In this document: one piece after another, positions 7,525-13,791 of the stretch | Numbering within the stretch: the first letter of the stretch is position 1 | Layout: each line of letters opens with the position of its first letter | Assembly: GCF_001945605.1 (NCBI RefSeq) | Contig: NZ_MPKA01000078.1 | Location: 1 to 13,972 of the forward strand | Length of the DNA: 13,972 bases | Origin: Dubosiella newyorkensis | GTDB taxonomy: Bacteria; Bacillota_I; Bacilli_A; Erysipelotrichales; Erysipelotrichaceae | Direction: 5' to 3' | The notes under the pieces: generated by a model | Database searches by the model: none | The model's input: the letters and a program-made list of their open reading frames with translations, nothing else | What the model was told of the DNA's origin: nothing | Position numbers and translations under genes: made by a program

Positions 7525-8665
7525 CTACCATTTCTCCTTTGATTTTTTCGACGATCGTTTTTCCGACCCGGTGGTTCAAGATCTCTTTCACTTCGACGCG
7601 CAGCTGCGGCAAGTCGACCGTGATCGTCGTCCCATCGCTTGGAATGTGGCCATAGCTTCCGAGCACATAGCCGCTAAATGTATCGTAGTCGTCGACTGGA
7701 AGCTCGATTTTCAATTCTTCTTGCACGTCTTTCAGGTCGGCGAAGCCATAGATCTCCCATTTGTTTTCGCCCAATGAAACGATATCTTCTGGCTCGATCT
7801 CGTCTTCCGGCTCGTACATTTCTCCTAAAAGCGTTTCGATGATATCGTGCAACGTCACGATGCCAGTCATGCCACCATACTCGTCTAAAATGATGGCGAA
7901 GTAGGTTTTTTGCGACTTCATCTCATTGAAGACATCGTCGACCTTGCCGTTTTCTGAAATAAAGAGCGGATGATCGACCGCGTGGGCGAGCACGCACTCT
8001 TTGCTCGTGTCGTCTAGACGGAAATAATCGCGCGTGTCGAGCACGCCGATCACATCGTCATCGTCCTTGCCTGTGATCGGATAAAACGTATGCCGATTTT
8101 CATGAATGATCTTCTTCCACTCTTCTGCGCTTTCGTCCATGGAAAGCGAAATCACTTGCGAGCGGTGCGTGCAGATTTCCTCGATGCTCGTATCATCGAG
8201 ATCGAAGACGTTTTCAATGATTTCTTTTTGAGGTTCGTCGATCGTTTCGCTCTCGCTGGCCGCGTGGATCATTTCCCGGATCGCTTCTTCCGACAGATCG
8301 GCTTGTTTTGGGGCCGGATCGATCGGAACAAAGAACGTGAAGATCGAGAAGACTTGCGAGATCCTTAAAAAGAAAGGAAAGAGCGTCTCGATCTGTTCAG
8401 GATGCGTATGGGCATAATGGCGCGGAAGGAGCGTGCCAAAAATAAACGAACTATATAAATAGAGGACGAACACGATCCATGGCGCGAGCCGATCCGATTC
8501 GAAAGCGAACCATAGACCGCCTAAGATCGAAGCTAAATTCAAAAATAAGATTGTTTTACGGACATGTTTTCCTGTCGTGTCCGAATGCTCCTCGAGCACG
8601 ATCTGCCCGATCGTGAACAAGGCGTTCAAGGCAATACAAGCCAAAGAAAGCACGCTATAGATCAT
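7493..8665 (-). CDS. CNNM/CorC-HlyC family transporter: DUF21 membrane domain, CBS pair and CorC_HlyC domain.
   Basis: ORF track 7493..8818. Start trimmed to the ATG at 8665, which has AAGGAGA 7 nt upstream. The N-terminus is hydrophobic. A CBS-pair region follows (THRSQVISL...FYPITGKDDDDVIGVLDTRD...AIILDEYGGMTGIVTLHDIIETLLGE). The transporter-associated C-terminal domain includes YDTFSGYVLGSYGHIP. Confidence 0.8.
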   Translation of the reverse strand: MIYSVLSLACIALNALFTIGQIVLEEHSDTTGKHVRKTILFLNLASILGGLWFAFESDRLAPWIVFVLYLYSSFIFGTLLPRHYAHTHPEQIETLFPFFLRISQVFSIFTFFVPIDPAPKQADLSEEAIREMIHAASESETIDEPQKEIIENVFDLDDTSIEEICTHRSQVISLSMDESAEEWKKIIHENRHTFYPITGKDDDDVIGVLDTRDYFRLDDTSKECVLAHAVDHPLFISENGKVDDVFNEMKSQKTYFAIILDEYGGMTGIVTLHDIIETLLGEMYEPEDEIEPEDIVSLGENKWEIYGFADLKDVQEELKIELPVDDYDTFSGYVLGSYGHIPSDGTTITVDLPQLRVEVKEILNHRVGKTIVEKIKGEMVDGETEKENRS

Positions 8666-8754
8666 AGTCGTGTCTCCTTGGGCCAACTGTCGTCTGAATT
8701 CATAGATTCTCCTTTTCTTACTTGTATTCTTAATCATACACAAAAAGAACAATA

Positions 8755-8781
8755 TTGAAAATATAAATATGTGCTTATAAT
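8755..8781 (+). promoter_or_regulatory. Candidate promoter for the alpha-galactosidase gene: TTGAAA, 15-nt spacer, TATAAT.
   Basis: TTGAAA at 8755-8760 and TATAAT at 8776-8781. The 15-nt spacer is short, so confidence is modest. AAGGAGAG lies just before the ATG at 8808. Confidence 0.4.
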
Positions 8782-8807
8782 AGGAGTATATAAAAGAAGG
8801 AGAGACT

Positions 8808-11033
8808 ATGCCGATCATTTATCATTCTTCATCGCGAACCTTTCATCTTTACAACGCTAGGATGAGCTATATTCTCAAAGTTTTAAAAAATGGGCACATC
8901 GCCCAGCTGTATTGTGGAAAAAAGATCCATGACCGAGAGGATTTTGACGCGCTTCTCGAACTCGAGCCTAAGCCAATGTCTGTGTGCGCCTACAAAGAAG
9001 ATCCCGCTTTTTCACTCGAACATATCAAGCGGGAATTTCCAAGCGCCTTAAGCGGCGATATGCGGATGCCTTCGATCGATGTGCGTCAAGAAAATGGCAG
9101 CCGGATCTTGAATTTTGTCTACCAGGATCATGCGATCTTTTCAGGAAAGCCTGCTTTAGAAGGGCTTCCTGCCACCTATGTGGAACGGGAAGAGGAGGCG
9201 AGCACGCTCCATATTCATTTGTATGATGAAGTGTGCCATCTCAAAGCGATCCTTCAATATTCGATCTTTGAAGAGCGGAACGTTCTTTCAAGAAGCGTAC
9301 GCCTTGAAAACGAGGGAGAGCAAACGCTCGTTTTGGAGCGCTTGGCTTCGCTCAATTTAGATTTGCCAGATTCTGATTATGATTTTGTGGATCTGAAAGG
9401 CGCATGGGCTCGCGAGAGACACATTCAAGTGCAGCCATTGCATCCAGGGATTCAATCGATCTATTCGATCCGCGGTCATTCTTCAAACAACTTCAATCCA
9501 TTTCTTGGCTTGAAGCGCAAGAACGCCACAGAAGCGGCTGGAGAGATGCTTGGCTTTACGCTCGTATATTCGGGAAATTTTTTAGCCCAAGTGGATGTGG
9601 ATGTGTATGATACCGCTCGCATCAGCATTGGAATGCATCCTTTCACTTTTTCGTGGCCGCTTCTTCCTTCCAATCATTTTCAAAGTCCGGAGGCGCTTTT
9701 TGTCTATTCCGATCAAGGAATGAATGGCATGTCGCAGACGTTCCACAAGCTGTTTCGAGAACGTCTTTGTAGAGGGCCATGGAAATCAAAGGCGCGTCCG
9801 ATCTTGATGAACAACTGGGAAGGAACGTATTTTGATTTTGACGAGGACAAGATCTTGAAGATGGCAAAAGAAGCCAAAGCGCTTGGGGTCGAATTGTTCG
9901 TGCTGGACGATGGATGGTTCGAAGGGAGAAATTCGGACACGTCTTCGCTTGGCGATTGGTGGCCAGATCGAACAAAGCTGCCTGAGGGAATCGATGGGCT
10001 TGGAAAGAAAATCGAATCGATGGGGCTTCGTTTTGGTTTATGGATCGAGCCGGAAATGGTCAATGAAAAGTCGGAATTGTATGAAAAACATCCAGATTGG
10101 GTGCTTGGCGCGCCTGAGCGTTCTATGTCGCAGGGGCGTCATCAATATGTGCTTGATTTTTCGAATCTAGAGGTGGTGGACTATATTTTTGGCTTGTTGG
10201 TCAAGGTGCTCGATGAGGCGCCGATCTCGTATGTGAAATGGGATATGAATCGTTCTATGTCGGAAGTGTATTCGTTGGCGTCTTGTTCTGAAGAGCAAGG
10301 CACGATCTATCATCGATATATTCTTGGCGTGTATCGTTTGTATTCGATGTTGATCGAGCGTTATCCGCATATTTTGTTTGAATCGTGCGCGTCAGGAGGA
10401 GCGCGCTTTGATCCGGGAATGTTGTATTACGCGCCGCAAACATGGACGAGCGACGATACGGATGCGGCCGAGCGCATCAAGATCCAATATGGAACGAGCG
10501 TGCTTTATCCGCTTTGTTCGATGGGCTCGCATGTTTCGGCGATCCCGAACCATCAGCTCAATCGGAACACGCCATTACAGACGCGCGCTGAGGTCGCGTA
10601 TTTTGGAACGTTTGGTTATGAGCTCGATCCGTTAAAACTAGACGAGGAAGAAAAAAAAGCGATCAAAAAGCAGATCGAGTTTATGAAGAAATATCGGGAA
10701 TTGATTCAGTTTGGCACGTTTTATCGTTTGGTGTCGCCTTTTGAGAAAAACGAGTGCGCTTGGATGGTCGTCTCTGACGATCGAAACACGGCGATTGTCG
10801 CCTATTATCGGATCTTGCAGGAGGTGAACGCGAAATATCGGCGCTTGTATCTGCAAGGACTCGATCCAAACAAGGTGTACCGGATCGAGGGCAAAGATCG
10901 TCTTTATTATGGGGATGAGCTCATGTATGCGGGACTTGTGAATACGGATGCTTCTTGCGGAGAGCAGAATTTGAAGGCGCAAGAGGGAGATTTCTTGTCT
11001 CGGCTCTATATTTTGCATGGAAAGGATCTATGA
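8808..11033 (+). CDS. Alpha-galactosidase, glycoside hydrolase family 36 (AgaA/RafA/MelA type).
   Basis: 741 aa with a strong SD. GH36 hallmarks are present: NNWEGTYFDFDE, FVLDDGWF, GLWIEPEMV, YVKWDMNR, FESCASGGARFD and QTWTSDDTDAAERIKIQYG. Confidence 0.9.
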   Translation: MPIIYHSSSRTFHLYNARMSYILKVLKNGHIAQLYCGKKIHDREDFDALLELEPKPMSVCAYKEDPAFSLEHIKREFPSALSGDMRMPSIDVRQENGSRILNFVYQDHAIFSGKPALEGLPATYVEREEEASTLHIHLYDEVCHLKAILQYSIFEERNVLSRSVRLENEGEQTLVLERLASLNLDLPDSDYDFVDLKGAWARERHIQVQPLHPGIQSIYSIRGHSSNNFNPFLGLKRKNATEAAGEMLGFTLVYSGNFLAQVDVDVYDTARISIGMHPFTFSWPLLPSNHFQSPEALFVYSDQGMNGMSQTFHKLFRERLCRGPWKSKARPILMNNWEGTYFDFDEDKILKMAKEAKALGVELFVLDDGWFEGRNSDTSSLGDWWPDRTKLPEGIDGLGKKIESMGLRFGLWIEPEMVNEKSELYEKHPDWVLGAPERSMSQGRHQYVLDFSNLEVVDYIFGLLVKVLDEAPISYVKWDMNRSMSEVYSLASCSEEQGTIYHRYILGVYRLYSMLIERYPHILFESCASGGARFDPGMLYYAPQTWTSDDTDAAERIKIQYGTSVLYPLCSMGSHVSAIPNHQLNRNTPLQTRAEVAYFGTFGYELDPLKLDEEEKKAIKKQIEFMKKYRELIQFGTFYRLVSPFEKNECAWMVVSDDRNTAIVAYYRILQEVNAKYRRLYLQGLDPNKVYRIEGKDRLYYGDELMYAGLVNTDASCGEQNLKAQEGDFLSRLYILHGKDL

Positions 11034-11042
11034 AAAAAAACG

Positions 11043-11567
11043 TTGTATTTGGTTGTCGTGAAGGATGATGACTTGCTTTCTCCATATTGGGCATATCGGC
11101 CGATCGTATTGGATGAGGCGGCTAGAGCGATCGACAACTGTCTGCAAGGCTTGAGCCTGCAGAAAAAGGATGAATTGGTGATCGAGATCGCTAGCGATGT
11201 GATCGTCAAATCGGAGCAGAAGGTGTATGCCAAGGCGATTCATACGTATTATCGAAATCGTTTGAGCGAAGAGGCGCGGAAATTGCGGCATACTCGAAAT
11301 TCTTCGTTTTTCTTGTTCATAGTGGGCGTGATCGTTTTGGTGGGGATCTAGATCTTGCAGGTTTTCGATCTGCATCCTGTCGGGAAAGAAGTGATGGATA
11401 TTACCGCTTGGGTGTTTATTTGGCAGGCGACGTCTCAATTTTGGCTCGATCGCCATTCGATCGTGATCAAGGAAAGCAAGATGCGAAAACTATCTAAGTG
11501 CGATGTTCGTTTCGTTCCTCTAGATGCAAAGACTCGAAAGATCGTGGAGAAGGAAAGACAAGAATAA
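11043..11567 (+). pseudogene. Small two-TM membrane protein gene of unknown family, interrupted by an in-frame TAG at 11349-11351. The start codon is also uncertain.
   Basis: Track ORFs 11043..11351 and 11355..11567 are in the same frame and are separated only by a TAG. The stop falls inside a predicted TM helix (SSFFLFIVGVIVLVGI*ILQVF). Codon usage resembles the neighbouring genes. The track start is a TTG with no SD at a usable distance. Confidence 0.5.
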
Positions 11568-11582
11568 GATAAAAAGAAAAAA

Positions 11583-11619
11583 AGAGATGGAGGAAGCAAA
11601 GCTTCTGACATCTCTTTTT
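11583..11619. terminator. Bidirectional intrinsic terminator shared by the convergent membrane-protein ORF and the CBS-pair gene.
   Basis: The stem AGAGATG (11583-11589) pairs with CATCTCT (11609-11615), and an inner GAAGC/GCTTC helix is possible. An A-rich run lies upstream and TTTTT downstream, so a U-tract is available on both strands. Confidence 0.7.
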
Positions 11620-11624
11620 AGTAT

Positions 11625-12101
11625 TTAGCGAACGTGAAGGAAAGGGTTGATCGTCTCTTTTGTTTCTTGATTGTAAAAGTAGTTGTCCTTGTGCAAGGAC
11701 GCTTCTTTCATCAAGTAGGAAATGATCGTTTTTCGAGTGACGATCCCGATAAAGATATTTCGATCATCAACGACGGGCACATAGTTTTGTTCGAGAGATT
11801 GCTGGAACAGCTCGTTCATCGATACGCTTGAAGATACGGCGGGCATAAAATCTTTGCGCACGATTTCACTGATTTCTAGCTCGAGCACATCCTCATGACA
11901 AAGATCAGGATGATCGGCGATATAGTATAAAAAATCCCCTTCTGTGATAGATCCTAAATAATGGCCTTGAAAGTCAATGACTGGAGTTGCTGTATAGCCA
12001 GCGTCCCGAAACAAACTCAAGGCTTCCGCAAATGACAAATTCCCATAAAGATACTGCGTATTTTTTTTGTTTTGTAAAAAAAAGAAAATATTTTGTTGCA
12101 T
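11625..12101 (-). CDS. Stand-alone CBS-pair protein (YkuL/CbpB-like).
   Basis: 158 aa. There are two CBS motifs, FRDAGYTATPVIDFQGHYLGSIT and LEQNYVPVVDDRNIFIGIVTRKTIISYL. These resemble the Bacillus YkuL pattern (TKTGYTAIPVLD...). Any functional link to c-di-AMP is inference only. Confidence 0.75.
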   Translation of the reverse strand: MQQNIFFFLQNKKNTQYLYGNLSFAEALSLFRDAGYTATPVIDFQGHYLGSITEGDFLYYIADHPDLCHEDVLELEISEIVRKDFMPAVSSSVSMNELFQQSLEQNYVPVVDDRNIFIGIVTRKTIISYLMKEASLHKDNYFYNQETKETINPFLHVR

Positions 12102-12173
12102 GAACCATCACTTTCTAGTAAGAACGTTCGGATCTTGTGCCAAAAATCCTAAGATCTTTTCTTTTACAATTTC

Positions 12174-12202
12174 ATTATAGAGAAGCACGCGTAGATTTTA
12201 AA
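12174..12202 (-). promoter_or_regulatory. Candidate proximal promoter of the CBS-pair gene: TTTAAA, 17-nt spacer, TATAAT.
   Basis: On the minus strand, TATAAT is the rc of 12174-12179 and TTTAAA sits at 12197-12202, with a 17-nt spacer. A second candidate with an extended -10 (TGCTATAAT, rc of 12273-12281) lies further upstream. Confidence 0.35.
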
Positions 12203-12339
12203 CGAATTGACTGACTTTACCGGCGTAAAAGGAAAGGCTGGTCAATGCGAGCTCTCTCTATCGTTCGTGCTCATTATAGCAAGATTGTTCTATAAAATTT
12301 ATTAAGTTTTCGTTAAGAATGCGCTTACATGTTTTCATG

Positions 12340-12372
12340 AAAACAAAAGAAAAGAGCGATCGAGATCGCTCT
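12340..12372 (-). terminator. Intrinsic terminator, functional on the minus strand only.
   Basis: The stem AGAGCGAT (12353-12360) pairs with ATCGCTCT (12365-12372) around a CGAG loop. On the minus strand it is followed by TTTCTTTTGTTTT (rc of 12340-12352). There is no U-run on the plus strand. Confidence 0.65.
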
Positions 12373-12670
12373 AGCCTTGCGTAGATCTTGTTGATTTGTG
12401 CGCTTGTGGCCAGCTTGTTTTCCAAGACCGAAAAAACAAGCATTCAAACGAGGATTCCGGCGAAATGTATCCGCAAGAGACACCAACATTTCGAATTCTC
12501 ATTATTCATAAGAAGTGAATCTTGTTGACGTATGAATAGAAGATCGCATTCTTAGCCGTATTTAATCGTGCGAACTCACAGCCTTCTAAAAAACCCCCGT
12601 TTGAAAGAAAACTGCCTGAATGAAAAATGTAGATGAATACGTTCGCTTGTATTTGGAATCTTTCTCTAAT

Positions 12671-12698
12671 GATTAATAAAATTGTTAATTTATTAATC
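12671..12698. promoter_or_regulatory. Perfect 10-bp inverted repeat, GATTAATAAA-N8-TTTATTAATC. It is either an operator or a 5' stem-loop.
   Basis: Read directly from the sequence. It lies immediately downstream of the predicted transcription start of the minus-strand consensus promoter. Confidence 0.5.
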
Positions 12699-12706
12699 CA
12701 TGAGCT

Positions 12707-12735
12707 ATTATAAGAGGATTGATAGGGCTTGTCAA
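12707..12735 (-). promoter_or_regulatory. Perfect sigma-A consensus promoter on the minus strand: TTGACA, 17-nt spacer, TATAAT.
   Basis: The rc of 12730-12735 is TTGACA and the rc of 12707-12712 is TATAAT, with an exact 17-nt spacer. No gene start lies downstream of it for about 600 nt. Confidence 0.65.
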
Positions 12736-12744
12736 TGGCTTTTT

Positions 12745-12775
12745 TTGCGACGTGCAATTCTTCGTCTGCTATACT
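12745..12775 (+). promoter_or_regulatory. Candidate promoter of the ArsR-fusion gene, with an extended -10 (TGCTATACT).
   Basis: TG at 12767-12768 and TATACT at 12770-12775. A weak -35, TTGCGA, sits at 12745-12750 with a long 19-nt spacer. The GGGGTGA SD and the ATG at 12794 follow. Confidence 0.4.
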
Positions 12776-12793
12776 TAAAAAAGGGGTGAGTGC

Positions 12794-13777
12794 ATGGCGA
12801 TCTATCAGCCTGAAATCGTATATTTGCATGTGGATGAAGATAGCTTGCCTTTTTTTCAAGCGATGGCCAGCAAAGTACGGATTGAGATCATTCAAATGCT
12901 CAAAAAGAAGGAGATGTCGATCAAAGAAATGAGCGAAGAACTCCATCTTTCGAGCGCGATCGTCACAAAACATATCCAGACGCTCGAAGAGGCGGGTATC
13001 GTTTCTTCGCGTTCGATCAGTGGTAAGCGGGGCCTCAAAAAAATGTGCAGCTTGCAGATCAACGAGGCCCAAATCATTTTTGATAATAATTATGGCGAGA
13101 AAAAGCGTTCTTTCATTCAAGTCGATATTCCGATCAGCGCCTATGATCGGTGCGAAGTGTTCGCGCCTTGCGGCATGGCGGAAGCCGATAAATTGTTTGG
13201 ACGGATCGATGATCCGCGGTATTTTAAAGCGTCCAATCGCAATCGCGTCTCTTTGTTGTGGTTTTCTGCAGGGTATTTAGAATATCCGATCCCGCTTTTT
13301 GATGTGGATCTAAGCGAGATCAAGGAGATCGAGATTTCGATGGAGGTCTGCAGCGAGTATCCGGGCTTCAATAGCCGTCATTTGTCCGATCTGACTTTTT
13401 CGATCAATGGGATCGAAGTTGGTTCGTGGACGAGTCCGGGCGATTTTGGCGACCGGAAAGGAAAATATACGCCGGCTTGGTGGTCGTTAGGGACCGAATA
13501 TGGTTTGAAGAAGACGCTTGTCTTGAAAGAAGAGGGTGTCTATATCGATCATGAAAAGATTTCGGATGTCGCGCTTTCAACTTTGATCAAGGCCCAAAAG
13601 GATCCGGAAATCTTGCGTTTTAAGATCGAAAGCAACAAGGACGCAAAGCATCCTGGAGGATTGAATATTTTTGGCCGCCAATTTGGAGATTATGATCAAG
13701 ATATCGAGGTCCGCTTTATGCGAAAAGAAAAGCAGAAGGAACATGAAAATCGGTATGATCAGCCCCCTGTCAAGTAG
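12794..13777 (+). CDS. ArsR-family winged-HTH regulator fused to a C-terminal domain of about 220 aa with unknown function.
   Basis: 327 aa. The N-terminus (FQAMASKVRIEIIQMLKKKEMSIKEMSEELHLSSAIVTKHIQTLEEAGIV) is a classic ArsR/SmtB wHTH. The remainder (..CEVFAPCG...WFSAGYLEYP...EVCSEYPGF...PGGLNIFGRQFGDY..) matches no domain I can name. Confidence 0.8.
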   Translation: MAIYQPEIVYLHVDEDSLPFFQAMASKVRIEIIQMLKKKEMSIKEMSEELHLSSAIVTKHIQTLEEAGIVSSRSISGKRGLKKMCSLQINEAQIIFDNNYGEKKRSFIQVDIPISAYDRCEVFAPCGMAEADKLFGRIDDPRYFKASNRNRVSLLWFSAGYLEYPIPLFDVDLSEIKEIEISMEVCSEYPGFNSRHLSDLTFSINGIEVGSWTSPGDFGDRKGKYTPAWWSLGTEYGLKKTLVLKEEGVYIDHEKISDVALSTLIKAQKDPEILRFKIESNKDAKHPGGLNIFGRQFGDYDQDIEVRFMRKEKQKEHENRYDQPPVK

Positions 13778-13791
13778 ACACGGGAAATAAT

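Larger units (their letters stand above)
12340..12700 (-). ncRNA. Candidate unclassified structured RNA of about 360 nt, delimited by a consensus promoter and an intrinsic terminator.
   Basis: See the promoter at 12707-12735 and the terminator at 12340-12372. Internal helices are 12671-12680/12689-12698 (10 bp), 12503-12510/12531-12538 (8 bp), 12461-12468/12486-12493 (8 bp) and 12413-12421/12433-12441 (9 bp). No ORF has an SD. I recognised no known RNA-family signature. Confidence 0.35.

Noticed and set aside
7177-8758. Plus-strand ORFs antisense to xpt and the CNNM gene: 7177..7482, 7445..7777, 8090..8368 and 8564..8758.
   Set aside because: They lie antisense to genes with strong family signatures and lack start signals.
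8666-8807. A catabolite-responsive element (cre), or a shared operator with the 12671-12698 palindrome, upstream of the alpha-galactosidase gene.
   Set aside because: No TGNAANCGNTTNCA-like sequence is present. The only shared string with the palindrome region is the 8-mer TTAATCAT, which is expected by chance in 28 kb of two-strand sequence.
3373-8818. Longer N-terminal extensions suggested by the ORF track: larC from 3373, GDPD from 6323, HAD from 6198, CNNM from 8818.
   Set aside because: The extensions start at TTG or other weak codons inside promoter or divergent-gene sequence. Downstream ATGs have proper SDs and give N-termini that match the family consensus.
11349-11351. Possibility that the in-frame TAG is recoded (pyrrolysine, or a reassigned genetic code).
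   Set aside because: TAG terminates at least four other well-defined genes in this window at family-appropriate lengths, and no pyl genes are visible. A nonsense mutation is the simpler explanation.
8984-11456. Off-frame and antisense ORFs within the alpha-galactosidase gene, plus 11006..11233(-) and 11028..11456(-) opposite the small membrane-protein gene.
   Set aside because: They are shadow ORFs. The 142-aa frame at 11028..11456 has no SD and a low-complexity His/Gln/Arg-rich translation, whereas the plus frame shows neighbour-like codon usage and TM helices.
12331-12344. Perfect 14-nt palindrome GTTTTCATGAAAAC just beyond the minus-strand terminator.
   Set aside because: It overlaps the terminator U-tract, is AT-rich and has only a 2-nt centre. 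It is probably incidental to the U/A runs, so I do not call it a binding site.
12258-12443. 61-aa minus-strand ORF within the candidate RNA locus.
   Set aside because: No Shine-Dalgarno. It reads straight through the terminator stem and U-tract (12340-12372). The composition does not look protein-like.
12102-12793. Known RNA classes in the long gap: T-box leader, purine or c-di-AMP riboswitch, tmRNA, RNase P RNA, tRNA.
   Set aside because: I could not find their invariant sequence blocks (T-box GGTGGTACCGCG-like box, tmRNA tRNA-like 3' end with CCA, RNase P GAGGAAAGTCC, tRNA T-loop GGTTCGA). This is an eye-scan only, so a covariance-model search is still needed.
12506-13120. 204-aa minus-strand ORF covering the intergenic gap and the 5' third of the ArsR-fusion gene.
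   Set aside because: It runs antisense to a gene with a clear wHTH signature. It starts upstream of, and reads across, the consensus promoter. It has no SD, and the translated sequence has no recognisable domain features (FFEAPLTTDRTRRNDTRLFERL...). It is a shadow ORF.
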